The notes beneath the pieces were generated by a model, which saw nothing but the letters and a program-made list of their open reading frames with translations, had not been told where the DNA came from and searched no databases. From contig JAWAJB010000002.1 in the NCBI GenBank assembly GCA_038888155.1, positions 32,001 through 96,000 on the forward strand: 64,000 bases of DNA, in the 5' to 3' direction. This DNA comes from Desulfurococcaceae archaeon. Lineage in GTDB: Archaea; Thermoproteota; Thermoprotei_A; Sulfolobales; Desulfurococcaceae. The position numbers and the translations under genes were made by a program. Of this stretch, positions 1-9,227 are shown in pieces (the first letter of the stretch is position 1; every line of letters begins with the position of its first letter).

Positions 1-745
1 ATAAGTAGTAACTTTTATTAAGCCTCTTAACTATGCCTGCCAATATTATTCCTTTCCTTAACGTCCTCTTGAAAGCTCTTACTCTGCTACTATTTAAGTG
101 GTTCACGTTCTCAACATATACGCGAACATTTTCCCTGCTAATTGGGCTCTCTTCAGCTACTCTATGAGGGTATATTAGTGGTCCATCAATAAGTAGAACG
201 GTGTTCTCCGCGTTGTTTATTTCGTTGAACTTCTCGAGAAGGCATTGTTCGATCATTAGCCTTAGCTCAACTAATAAGAAGTTCTTATTATAGCTGCTTG
301 TGTACGTCCCGCTAATTGGGTTTTTTATTGTTATGCTTTTTGCCTTTTCAAGCAATGTCGCAAATCCAGGGCCCAAATCTACCTCTGGGACTACAACAAT
401 ATGCCTGCACAAGGGCTCCTCTATCCCTAGAATAGCAGGAACGCTTGGGATATCTATACCCTGTCCATTAAATCTGTTAAATATGCTCCCAGCGCTAACA
501 GCTATAAAAACAAGGGAGGACGTTATTGTTCGTGAACTGCTGTCGAGACCAAAAACACCCGTAGCTGTTTTGACTCTCTTCACTTCGAAGGTCCTTATTG
601 CTGGTTTTTCGAGGACCTCAATCTGCTTTTTGGGAACTTCGTCGAGAACCTCTATTGGCCTAGTGGATTGATCCTCTCTAGTAATCTTTACTCCATCATA
701 CATGCCTCTCTTTAGTTCCTCGGCAAGGTGTACTAACTCCTTCAA
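1..745 (-). CDS. NurA-family 5'-3' nuclease (runs off window start, 3' truncated)
   Basis: Not in the ORF track. Manual translation of the minus strand from TTG at 745 is open to position 1 and has NurA motifs VFGLDSSSR, VLLIDGPL and AGIVKRL. Confidence 0.8.
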   Translation of the reverse strand, partial: MKELVHLAEELKRGMYDGVKITREDQSTRPIEVLDEVPKKQIEVLEKPAIRTFEVKRVKTATGVFGLDSSSRTITSSLVFIAVSAGSIFNRFNGQGIDIPSVPAILGIEEPLCRHIVVVPEVDLGPGFATLLEKAKSITIKNPISGTYTSSYNKNFLLVELRLMIEQCLLEKFNEINNAENTVLLIDGPLIYPHRVAEESPISRENVRVYVENVNHLNSSRVRAFKRTLRKGIILAGIVKRLNKSYYL

Positions 746-819
746 GTTTAAACCCTTTATGTAGATATATTTTTAGGTTTGTATCTGCTTACTCATGGTA
801 TCTACAAGGTGCTTATAAA

Positions 820-1839
820 GTGAACCAAGAGAAACGTAAACTATTAATACTCGGCGACTGGGATGCAGATGGTGTGGTTGCCTCAGCTTTGATTGTGTAT
901 AGTCAGGAATATGCAAAGAAGTACCCAATTGAGGGTGACGTACTCGTAGAAAAAGTACCGGTGGATCCTGACAGATTGAAGTACATTTTATCACAGGTTC
1001 AAGCTAATTACCAAACTATTATATTGCTAGACATACCTTATAGCGAAGTTCTCGGCAATATAGTTAAGATGCTAAAAGCGCATTTTGGGGCAACTCATGT
1101 AATCTTTATAGATCATCACATAGCCAGTGCTCAGAAGATCAACGAATTAAAAACTATAATGGATGAAACTATAGTTGATTCTAGAAAGCCAACTTCGGTA
1201 TTATTGTACAATGAATTGATTAAGAGAGGCATTAACGTACACGAAAAGCTAAGGGAGTTCGTCGAAGTAATAAAGTACATGGATGCAGGAAAAAAGATAC
1301 CAGATAGATTACTTAAGTTGTTCGAACTGGCTAAAATGATATCTAAAGCCCTAACAGCTGTGAGAAACGAAGAGCTTTGGCTAAAGATCATCAACTGGCT
1401 TGCCGATCCAACGCCCTCCCCAATGCCCCTAGACGAATCTGTGTGGAGCCTGGTGAAGAAAACAGTTGACGAGAGGGACAAGGAGATAAGAGAGGTCGCT
1501 ATGAGGCTTGCTGTCACAGCCGTTAAAATATGCGATTTCAGGTTTATAGATGCTAGGGCTGTTTGGAAAAAACGCGGCGCAACCGCACTGGCATCAAAGC
1601 TCTCTCTAATTTTAAAGGCGCCAGTTGTTATGATAGCTAGCACTAATAGAGGTTACTCCCTCTTAATAATAAAGGCCCCTGCTGGAAGGGCTTACCGAAT
1701 TGCCAAGTACCTTCTTGCTGAAGGAGTTGCAATGGATATAGCTGGACACCCCAACCTAGCTATTGTGAGAATACCTAAGGACATAGAGAAAAAAGATCTT
1801 ATCGGAGTTCTTTACAATGCAATCTACTACACATCTTAG
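820..1839 (+). CDS. DHH-family phosphoesterase
   Basis: GDWDADG, ILLDIP and FIDHH motifs; C-terminal AGHPN (DHHA1-like GGH variant). Confidence 0.85.
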   Translation: MNQEKRKLLILGDWDADGVVASALIVYSQEYAKKYPIEGDVLVEKVPVDPDRLKYILSQVQANYQTIILLDIPYSEVLGNIVKMLKAHFGATHVIFIDHHIASAQKINELKTIMDETIVDSRKPTSVLLYNELIKRGINVHEKLREFVEVIKYMDAGKKIPDRLLKLFELAKMISKALTAVRNEELWLKIINWLADPTPSPMPLDESVWSLVKKTVDERDKEIREVAMRLAVTAVKICDFRFIDARAVWKKRGATALASKLSLILKAPVVMIASTNRGYSLLIIKAPAGRAYRIAKYLLAEGVAMDIAGHPNLAIVRIPKDIEKKDLIGVLYNAIYYTS

Positions 1840-1858
1840 CCATGCCTAGGGTAGTTAT

Positions 1859-2899
1859 GTGTTGGAAATAAAGGTATTACAGGAATCTACTTTTATGCAC
1901 AAGCCTTTATCCGAGCACCCCGAAAACCACACTAGAATAATTAGGGTAATAAACGCTTTAAGCACATCTGGAATAAGTTTCAAAACCGAGTGCATTGAGT
2001 CATTTGATTTAAGTGAGTCAATTAAACTGGCTACTAGAGTGCATGCTAAGGGTTATGTAGATTACTTGTTGAAGCTCTCTCATAGGGCACCTCTAATCAT
2101 AGACGAAGATACATATATGTCCAAGGACAGCTTGAGATTAGCTCTAGGCACTCTATACGCGTCATACTACCTCGCCTTAAGTACAAAAAATACAGTATTT
2201 GTGGTTTCAAGACCTCCGGGGCATCACGCAGGGAAAGGAGGTAGAGCAATGGGCGCATCAACTTTAGGGTTCTGCCTATTGAATAACGCTGCTGGCGCAG
2301 TTGAGGGCTTTAGAGAGAGGGGAATCAGAAAAATTGCATTATTAGATTTCGATGCTCACCACGGTAACGGAACCATGGAAATATACTACAGCGAGAAAAT
2401 TCTTCAAGTCGATTTTCATCAAGACCCTGACACTTTAAGCCCGTGCACTGGCTACCCCGTAGATCGAGGATCTGGTAGTGGATTTGGCTACAAAGTTAAT
2501 ATCATATTGCCCCCAGGATCTGGCGATGACTTGTTTGAGCATATTTTAAATCAGGTAATAGCCTTAGTTGACGAATACACACCAGAGGCACTAGTAGTAT
2601 CTGCTGGCTTTGATGCCTATGAGAACGACGGCCTTGCAGATTTAAGGTTAACAGATATATCATACTACAAGTTGGGCAGTATTATCAAGCAGATGGGGGT
2701 ACCAACCATAATTGTTCTTGAAGGAGGATATGGCGTGGGCTTATTGCGAGGTTTAATTTCATTCACGGAGGGTGCCCTTGGCTTAAGTAGAGATTACATC
2801 CATTCTACGAGAACGCTTCCGCTGATATTTCAGAGAGCGAGTAGATTAGCTAATAAAGTCCTCGCAAGAGCTCATAGGAAAATAGCACGGGGTGTCTGA
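1859..2899 (+). CDS. Histone deacetylase / acetoin utilization (AcuC)-family deacetylase
   Basis: HPE, RPPGHHA, GFCLLNN, DFDAHHGNGT, SAGFDA and LEGGY motifs. Confidence 0.92.
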   Translation: MLEIKVLQESTFMHKPLSEHPENHTRIIRVINALSTSGISFKTECIESFDLSESIKLATRVHAKGYVDYLLKLSHRAPLIIDEDTYMSKDSLRLALGTLYASYYLALSTKNTVFVVSRPPGHHAGKGGRAMGASTLGFCLLNNAAGAVEGFRERGIRKIALLDFDAHHGNGTMEIYYSEKILQVDFHQDPDTLSPCTGYPVDRGSGSGFGYKVNIILPPGSGDDLFEHILNQVIALVDEYTPEALVVSAGFDAYENDGLADLRLTDISYYKLGSIIKQMGVPTIIVLEGGYGVGLLRGLISFTEGALGLSRDYIHSTRTLPLIFQRASRLANKVLARAHRKIARGV

Positions 2900-2902
2900 G
2901 CG

Positions 2903-3472
2903 ATTGAGAGAGAAGTTGAAGTAAAGCTATCCATTATAAATGTAAACAAGGCTAAGGAAGTGTTGATATCGATTGGGTGTACGCTAGTTCGAATTTGCAC
3001 CGAGATAGATGCTTACTATTCTCATCCGTGTAGAGATTTCGCGAAAACCGATGAAGCTTTAAGATTTAGAAGAAGGACCTGTAGTGATGGCTCAACAAAC
3101 TATATTATATCTTACAAAGGCCCAAGGCAACACACCAATATACAGGGGTTAAAGGTTCGCGAGGAACAGGAAATAGCCGTAGATGAGGAAGAGACGTGGC
3201 TGAAGCTGAGGAGCATATTTGAAAGACTTGGGTTCAAATTAGTAGCGTCATTTGCTAAGAATAGAGAGATGTACAGCGGGATAGATTTTGAAGCGTACTT
3301 GGATACTTTAATTGGAGTTGGCCACTTCATTGAAATCGAGGCAAAGAAGCGCGAGAGCAGGGAACTTTTAGAGAGACTGATGTTGCACTTCATGAGGACT
3401 CTAGGAGCGAGCGTAGTTGACAAAACCTATCTCGAAATATGTCTCGAAACTGGCAGTTGTACTACAAGCTGA
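2903..3472 (+). CDS. cyaB: CYTH-domain protein (class IV adenylate cyclase CyaB-like / triphosphate tunnel enzyme)
   Basis: DAYY.HP.RDF...DEALR.R, YKGP, REE.E and FIEIE motifs. The ExExK motif (EVEVK) lies upstream of the tracked GTG at 2960, so the start is placed at the in-frame ATT at 2903. Confidence 0.85.
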   Translation: MEREVEVKLSIINVNKAKEVLISIGCTLVRICTEIDAYYSHPCRDFAKTDEALRFRRRTCSDGSTNYIISYKGPRQHTNIQGLKVREEQEIAVDEEETWLKLRSIFERLGFKLVASFAKNREMYSGIDFEAYLDTLIGVGHFIEIEAKKRESRELLERLMLHFMRTLGASVVDKTYLEICLETGSCTTS

Positions 3473-3545
3473 GTTTTATTTCCCAGTCTTAGAATCGAGC
3501 ATTAATAATATGGGAAAACCTATGTAAACTCAGAACAGCCTAGGG

Positions 3546-4172
3546 ATGTTAGATTTGTACCAGTCGGGGGAATACGTCACTAGGATTATTTACGAGAAAA
3601 TAATAAGTGAACAAATGCGTAGGCTCAATGAGATCAAAGATCCAAGCATAATATATGTAACGGACCTCGTTTCCTGCACCCACAGATACCACATGAAAAA
3701 AGCATATCCCGAGCTATCTATCCTGTTTGAACCTGCAGCCATCTTAGGGGATATCGCCCATTGGGGGCTCGAGGAGCTACTCAGGTCTAAAAACTTAGAG
3801 GTCGAGGTTGAAGCATCTCGCTCGTTTAATGTAGACGGTAAAGTCTACCTAGTTAAAGGGAGAGTCGATGCGGTGGATAGAATTAGGGGCCTTGTCGTGG
3901 AGATTAAAACAGCTCGTAGCGCCGCTAATTTACCTAGAACGCATCACGTTAAGCAGTTAAATGTTTACCTAGAGATCCTAGGCCTAGAAGAGGGTGTACT
4001 GGTTTACATAACGCCCGAGAAGATCCTAGAGTACGTTGTTGTGAAGGAACACATTGACTTAGAGTCAGAGATAAGGGAACTTGTGAGGGATAGCTATCAC
4101 CCAAAATACGAGTGGGAGTGCCAATACTGCGTATACAAAAAGATGTGCCCTTACTCGGTTTACACTAAATAA
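3546..4172 (+). CDS. cas4: Solo Cas4-like PD-(D/E)xK nuclease with 4Fe-4S cysteines
   Basis: N-terminal Cys (DLVSC), GRVD, VEIKT, QLNVY and C-terminal CxxC-x5-C. No other cas genes or array in the window. Confidence 0.88.
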   Translation: MLDLYQSGEYVTRIIYEKIISEQMRRLNEIKDPSIIYVTDLVSCTHRYHMKKAYPELSILFEPAAILGDIAHWGLEELLRSKNLEVEVEASRSFNVDGKVYLVKGRVDAVDRIRGLVVEIKTARSAANLPRTHHVKQLNVYLEILGLEEGVLVYITPEKILEYVVVKEHIDLESEIRELVRDSYHPKYEWECQYCVYKKMCPYSVYTK

Positions 4173-4224
4173 GTGTTGGCGACATCCCAGGAAATTTAAT
4201 AGCTTTCCTTAGAACTGTATTACA

Positions 4225-4280
4225 TAAGTGATGAGCGCTCGGGTTAGCTGACTTATGATGAAGGTTTTGAGTGCTGAATG
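4225..4280 (+). ncRNA. C/D box methylation guide sRNA
   Basis: C box GTGATGA 4228-4234, 13-nt guide, D' CTGA 4248-4251, C' ATGATGA 4255-4261, 12-nt guide, D CTGA 4274-4277. AT-rich TATA-like element about 25 nt upstream; intergenic. Confidence 0.9.
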
Positions 4281-4513
4281 CGTGCTTTTACTCCAAAAAT
4301 ACTTTTTAATAACAGCTCGCGATCACTAGCATACTTTGGGCGCATGAAAATAGTGTTTTAGGTGCTAGCTGGGATCGCCACGACTCCAACTCTTCCGGAA
4401 TGAACTAGATGTAAGACTTCATCTTTTTGCCGATATCCAAGATGTTGGCCTGGGCAAGATTTGGCGATTTTTTAATTGGACCTCAAAGGGGATGTTATAT
4501 TGTTTTTAACTGT

Positions 4514-5350
4514 TTAGGTTAGCATATGATAATCTCTCGTAGGTACTTTTTTTACTTTTACTCGTTTGTAGACATCTGCACCTAGGAATTTGGCAGCATT
4601 GCCCATATAAATAGCTACTTCAAAGAAGCCCCATGAATTAATATAGCACGCCATCTCTCCCTTCGACACCTTGCAGAATGTAGTCTCATATATGCATGTG
4701 TAGTTCTTGTCGTCTAGGACAAGTTGCAATTTCGTCCCATAGGGGAGCTTAAGGGCTTCAATGTCTCGTGCCTTAATGTTCGTCATTACATTCCCATAAA
4801 TATCCACGTATAAAATACTGCCGGTTATGCTCCCCTCTTCTACGTTAATAGAAGGTTTTTCAACAGTGATCTTCAGCAGACTCTCGTACGCTATTTCAAC
4901 ACCTACATCCTCTAATGGTATGCCCCTACTAACCCATGCAGCAACAGGCGCGAAAATATCCCTCCCGTGAAACGTTTGAGATACCTCTGGCAGTCTGTAA
5001 TCTGAGTTAGATATATCGAAGGCCCTTTTTACGCCATCTCTTTCTGCTAGCAGAGTTAAGCACCCATTGTCGGGGCCTAACAATACATAACGCGTTGTTT
5101 CCAATAAGAGAGCTCTTCTAGTGGTACCCACGCTAGGATCAACTATAACAAGGAAGATTGTTCCGCGGGGAAAGTAGTCTGCGGATACGTTAAGCATTAC
5201 AGCCGCTTCGAGGACGTCATGCCTTGTAATGCCGTGGGTAATGTCAATGATTTCCGCGTCTTGGTTTATGGACTTAATTACCGCTTTGACAACACCGACG
5301 TACACGTCTCTGTATCCGTAGTCGGTCATTAAACCTATTAGCCTCCTCAA
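4514..5350 (-). CDS. SAM hydroxide adenosyltransferase (DUF62, chlorinase/fluorinase family)
   Basis: LMTDYG..D.YVG, VDPSVGT.RR, GPDNG, TFHGRDIFAP and YVDIYGNVMTN motifs. Confidence 0.93.
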   Translation of the reverse strand: MRRLIGLMTDYGYRDVYVGVVKAVIKSINQDAEIIDITHGITRHDVLEAAVMLNVSADYFPRGTIFLVIVDPSVGTTRRALLLETTRYVLLGPDNGCLTLLAERDGVKRAFDISNSDYRLPEVSQTFHGRDIFAPVAAWVSRGIPLEDVGVEIAYESLLKITVEKPSINVEEGSITGSILYVDIYGNVMTNIKARDIEALKLPYGTKLQLVLDDKNYTCIYETTFCKVSKGEMACYINSWGFFEVAIYMGNAAKFLGADVYKRVKVKKVPTRDYHMLT

Positions 5351-5400
5351 GTCATACCCCCATTCTTATGTTTAAATAGCACTATAGTAATTAACAGTAA

Positions 5401-5463
5401 GCGCCGGGGATGGATACGACGGGCGGCCTGATCAATGATGACTTAAATAATTTTCGACCCGGT
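5401..5463 (+). ncRNA. C/D box sRNA with guide for 16S rRNA C1402 (E. coli numbering)
   Basis: Guide CGACGGGCGG before CTGA (5428-5431) is antisense to the universal CCGCCCGUC. C' ATGATGA 5435-5441; terminal stem GCCGGG/CCCGGT; TTTAAATA about 25 nt upstream. The outer C and D boxes are degenerate. Confidence 0.8.
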
Positions 5464-5465
5464 AA

Positions 5466-5524
5466 ACCTACCGATGATTTACAGCGGATAATCTGACTTT
5501 GTGATGTTGAATAATTTATGAGGT
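5466..5524 (+). ncRNA. Second, tandem C/D box-like sRNA unit
   Basis: CCGATGA 5471-5477, CTGA 5493-5496, GTGATGT 5501-5507 and ATGA 5518-5521 at canonical spacing, flanked by ACCT/AGGT. Confidence 0.55.
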
Positions 5525-5592
5525 GTTGAATTGAAAACAGCAATATAAAGCCTCAACACTTTACAGTTGTGATTGGTACATAGGGGTTAGGC

Positions 5593-6507
5593 ATGTCTCT
5601 AAGTATATCCACTAGGAGTTTGCTGAAGAACACCTGGTTTCTCTCGAGCGAAGGGTTTAAACGGGGCTATTTATTCATATACGGCCCTAGAATTCAAGAT
5701 GCGGGCGAGGAGCCCGAACCTGAGTATGACTTATCGGAGTTGATTTACGACTTCGAAAGCGATGCAATTACTGTTCACGGATACAGCGTATTAGTTGATG
5801 TCGTTGAATTCATTACAAGGCACATTAGAGATGTTGACTTATCTGTATTCACTAGGCAGGAGATTAAGAAGCTAGCTGAAGTCGGTTTAGTTAACGCTTA
5901 CATGAATGGAGTAACCCTCCCAATTGCTAAGACAGATTATCCCGAGGCTTTACTTGATGTAGCCAGAGAAAATGGAATGAGAGTTGGCGTTTTAGCAGAG
6001 AGAGGGACGGTGGCAAGGAATCCATTTATATTACTTCTTGAAATTGACAGCGGATGGATTTATTATGAGGATAGAAAGGTAGGAGAGCATACATCTATTT
6101 GCAGGCCAGCTATTCATAGGGAGGACTGCCTGGTCTTAGATGCTAGGGGGTATGGAAACTTGACAACTGCCATTGAGGAGACCTATAGGTCTAGCTCTGA
6201 TCCGATTATTTCTTATAAGTTGCTAACAAATGCTTACAGCTTATGCGGTGTGGATACGGGATATGTCGAAAAAGGATCAGCCTCGGACCTGATTATATAT
6301 GACTTAAAAAACCCGCTTAAGACAGCCCCTATCAAGACACAGCAGCATATGTTCGCCGTTATTGCTAGGTCGCAACAACCGGATATAGTCCTAATTGGAG
6401 GGGATATATTCTACGACCATGGAGAAAACCTTGCAATCCCCATTGTCAAAGTAAATGAACTGGTGAGGAAAAAGCTCCTAAACCAAAAGAACTTAGGAGA
6501 TGTTTAA
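5593..6507 (+). CDS. Degenerate amidohydrolase-superfamily protein
   Basis: C-terminal GYVEKGSASDLIIYD...PDIVLIGG is typical of the amidohydrolase beta-sandwich. The N-terminal D.H.H metal motif is absent. Confidence 0.55.
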   Translation: MSLSISTRSLLKNTWFLSSEGFKRGYLFIYGPRIQDAGEEPEPEYDLSELIYDFESDAITVHGYSVLVDVVEFITRHIRDVDLSVFTRQEIKKLAEVGLVNAYMNGVTLPIAKTDYPEALLDVARENGMRVGVLAERGTVARNPFILLLEIDSGWIYYEDRKVGEHTSICRPAIHREDCLVLDARGYGNLTTAIEETYRSSSDPIISYKLLTNAYSLCGVDTGYVEKGSASDLIIYDLKNPLKTAPIKTQQHMFAVIARSQQPDIVLIGGDIFYDHGENLAIPIVKVNELVRKKLLNQKNLGDV

Positions 6508-6766
6508 CGCTCATAAAAAATCTCAATCGAGCCCTCTACTATTGCTAAATATACTCTCTTCTCATTTGATATAGTTAATTACCAGAAGAAAGCTCGCAAT
6601 TTTATTGCTAAAATCAAGGACTTAATTTAAGGGCTCAACTAATATTGCTCTAACTTTAGCTGGCGCTCCTCTGTGAAAGTATTCAATTAATCGTGGGAAA
6701 AGGTGCAGAAAAATACGAGGATCGAGCGATTTCGAATATAATTCGCGCGGTACCTCGCACAGTTGA

Positions 6767-6840
6767 TGGGCCCGCGGGGATTTGAACCCCGGACCTCCCG
6801 GTTATCAGCCGGGCGCTCCACCAAGCTGAGCTACGGGCCC
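6767..6840 (-). tRNA. tRNA-Ile (GAT), intronless
   Basis: Reverse complement GGGCCCGTAGCTCAGCTTGGTGGAGCGCCCGGCTGATAACCGGGAGGTCCGGGGTTCAAATCCCCGCGGGCCCA folds as a cloverleaf with anticodon GAT. Confidence 0.97.
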
Positions 6841-6965
6841 CTTTTCAGCAATATTTAGCTTAAGGCTTTTTAAACGCAAATTATTAAACAAATAAAGCAC
6901 TAAAGATCTTTAAATTTGTTATTGTTAAATACCTCTTCCGAGTTTTAATAACTTGGTGCATAATA

Positions 6966-8792
6966 GTGCACGGCTTCTGGGGAAAGGTATTATACATTAG
7001 CTTATCAAGGCAGCAGGCTAAGGAAATATCCCTAGACCCAGAGATCTACGCCGAGTACATTGGAGGGAGAGGGTTGGCCGTTAGACTCCTCTGGGATTTA
7101 AATCCAGCTGGAGTGGACCCTCTATCACCTTACAACCACTTAGTGATCTCCACAGGCCCCCTATCTTCAATGCCGATTCCCAGTAGCGGTAAGGCAGTAG
7201 TTGCATCTAAGAGCCCGTTAACAAACGGATATGGGGACGGAAACATTGGAACAAACGCTAGCTACCATCTTCGAAGAACTGGCTTCGACGCAATAGTTAT
7301 TACAGGATCCTTTAGGAAGCCTGGATATCTCTATATTGAGAACAATAAGGTGGAGTTTTACGGTGCAGAGCACTTATGGGGCTTAGATACATTCAGCGCC
7401 GAGGATAAGCTAGCTCAAGAACACGGTAAAAACGCAGGGTTCTTACTTATTGGTCCTGCTGGCGAAAACTGTGTTAGGTACGCCACGATAATGTCTCAGA
7501 GAGGGAGAAGTGGCGGCAGGCCTGGACTTGGGGCAGTAATGGGCAGTAAAAAGCTAAAGGCACTAGTAATTAAAGGGACATTGGACCCTACTGTGGCCAA
7601 CAGCGAAGAGCTTAGAAAGCTATCCGAGGAGGCCTATAAAAAAGTCACGGCGAGCGATAACTACGACTTTTGGATTAGACAGGGCACAATGGGCACAATA
7701 GTTTGGAGTCAGCAGAACAGTTGCTTGCCAACTATGAACTTTAGAGAGGGAATGTGGGAGAGCTATGAAACAATCAGTGGGGATTTAATGGAGAAACTAA
7801 AAGTAGCTAGAAGGGGGTGTCCTTACTGCAATATGGGCTGTAGCAATATTATAGTTGACGACTCAGCAGAAGAGAGCGAGCCAGACTATGAAAACGTAGC
7901 CATGCTCGGTAGCAATATATTGTTAAGTGACCTAAGAAGGGTAGCCGAGATTAATAAAATTGCCGATAAAATGGGTTTGGACACTATTAGCCTTGGAAAT
8001 GCGCTTGGCTTCTACATGGAGGCAAGCGAGCGGGGGCTTGTCTCAGAGAAGTTGGAGTGGGGAGATTACGGGGGAGTTAGGCGACTTGTATTGGACATAG
8101 CTCATAGGAGAGGTTTAGGTTCCTTCATTGCTGAAGGCGTAATGAGGATGTCCTTAAGCCTTCCCGAAGAAGCTCGCGACTTTGCTATTCACGTTAAAGG
8201 ACTAGAAGTATCTGCGTACGATTGTCACGCTGCGCCTGGCATGGCTCTAGCTTATGGCACCTCTCCTATAGGGGCGCATCACAAAGACGCATGGATTATA
8301 AGTTACGAGGCGCGAACTGACAGGCTTGGCTACACAAGAGAAAAAGTAGAGAGGTTGATCTACTTGCAGGACATTAGGGGCGGGATGTTTGAGTCGCTTA
8401 CAACGTGCAGATTACCTTGGGTAGAAGTAGGTTTAGATATTGAGTACTACCCAAGATTTCTCTCATATGTCACCGGACTCCCTTGGACAATCGATTACAT
8501 TAGGTTAGTCGCCAATAGAATATACTCTCTGATAAGAGCTTATTGGATAAGGGAGCACGGTCACTGGTACAGGGAGATGGACTACCCCCCCGCGAGGTGG
8601 TTTAAACACCCCCTTACGAAAGGACCTTATGCCGGACACAGGCTTGATTTTGGAAAAATCAACACTTTGCTTGACACATACTACGAATTAAGGGGATGGG
8701 ACAAGCGAGGCGTACCTAGAAAGGAGACGCTGAGTAAGTATAACTTAGAATTCACTGTACCTACCATTGAGAGCCTTGTTGGGTTTACTTAA
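6966..8792 (+). CDS. Tungsten-containing aldehyde:ferredoxin oxidoreductase family enzyme (AOR/FOR)
   Basis: YIGGRGL, KSPLT, GR.G.GAVMGSK.LKA, CxxCxxxC, EPDYE, D.MGLDTIS and YYELRGWD..GVP motifs. Confidence 0.93.
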   Translation: MHGFWGKVLYISLSRQQAKEISLDPEIYAEYIGGRGLAVRLLWDLNPAGVDPLSPYNHLVISTGPLSSMPIPSSGKAVVASKSPLTNGYGDGNIGTNASYHLRRTGFDAIVITGSFRKPGYLYIENNKVEFYGAEHLWGLDTFSAEDKLAQEHGKNAGFLLIGPAGENCVRYATIMSQRGRSGGRPGLGAVMGSKKLKALVIKGTLDPTVANSEELRKLSEEAYKKVTASDNYDFWIRQGTMGTIVWSQQNSCLPTMNFREGMWESYETISGDLMEKLKVARRGCPYCNMGCSNIIVDDSAEESEPDYENVAMLGSNILLSDLRRVAEINKIADKMGLDTISLGNALGFYMEASERGLVSEKLEWGDYGGVRRLVLDIAHRRGLGSFIAEGVMRMSLSLPEEARDFAIHVKGLEVSAYDCHAAPGMALAYGTSPIGAHHKDAWIISYEARTDRLGYTREKVERLIYLQDIRGGMFESLTTCRLPWVEVGLDIEYYPRFLSYVTGLPWTIDYIRLVANRIYSLIRAYWIREHGHWYREMDYPPARWFKHPLTKGPYAGHRLDFGKINTLLDTYYELRGWDKRGVPRKETLSKYNLEFTVPTIESLVGFT

Positions 8793-8840
8793 TTACTTTA
8801 ACTTTTTTTACATTAGCATTAAGAAAGGTAAGCTCTGAGT

Positions 8841-9227
8841 GTGTGTTACTTGAAGGTTAAAGGGGTTGTATTCTCGGGAATTGGCGAAGGAGCTCATTAC
8901 GTGAAACTTTATAGTGAAGGGCTCAAAAAGCTTCTCGGCGAGATGCCCTATCCGGGCACTCTGAATGTCATTTTGGAAAATTGTTTTAATAGTTTAGTGA
9001 GCAATATTACACCAATCGTTCTTCATCCTCCTAGCGAAAATCTGGGGGCCGTATATGTTTACTTAGGCTACCTATGCAAGCTAAAAGTGCTTGTTATTAG
9101 GCCATCCATAACGAAGCATGACTGTAGAGTAGTTGAGCTAGTTTCAAATGTTCATTTAAGAGGGTTACTCGGACTTAGAGATGGAAATGTCGTTGAATTA
9201 GAGATAGTTAATTGGAACCCTAACTGA
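8841..9227 (+). CDS. ribK: CTP-dependent riboflavin kinase
   Basis: GVVFSGIGEG..YV, PYPGTLNV and ELVS.V.LR..L.L.DG motifs. Confidence 0.9.
   Translation: MCYLKVKGVVFSGIGEGAHYVKLYSEGLKKLLGEMPYPGTLNVILENCFNSLVSNITPIVLHPPSENLGAVYVYLGYLCKLKVLVIRPSITKHDCRVVELVSNVHLRGLLGLRDGNVVELEIVNWNPN

Noticed and set aside
773-796. In-frame ATG upstream of nurA, interrupted by TAA (possible nonsense mutation)
   Set aside because: TTG at 745 has an AT-rich TATA-like element about 20-25 nt upstream and retains all motifs, so pseudogenisation need not be invoked.
2897-2899. Selenocysteine read-through of the TGA between the deacetylase and CYTH genes
   Set aside because: No SECIS-like element was recognised, the position is a non-catalytic linker, and Sec is not known in Thermoprotei.
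3546-4514. CRISPR-Cas locus around cas4
   Set aside because: No repeat-spacer array and no cas1/cas2 or effector genes in the window; the downstream gap holds a C/D sRNA.
6507-6766. Integrated element at the tRNA-Ile 3' end
   Set aside because: No integrase and no duplicated tRNA end; only a short non-coding gap.
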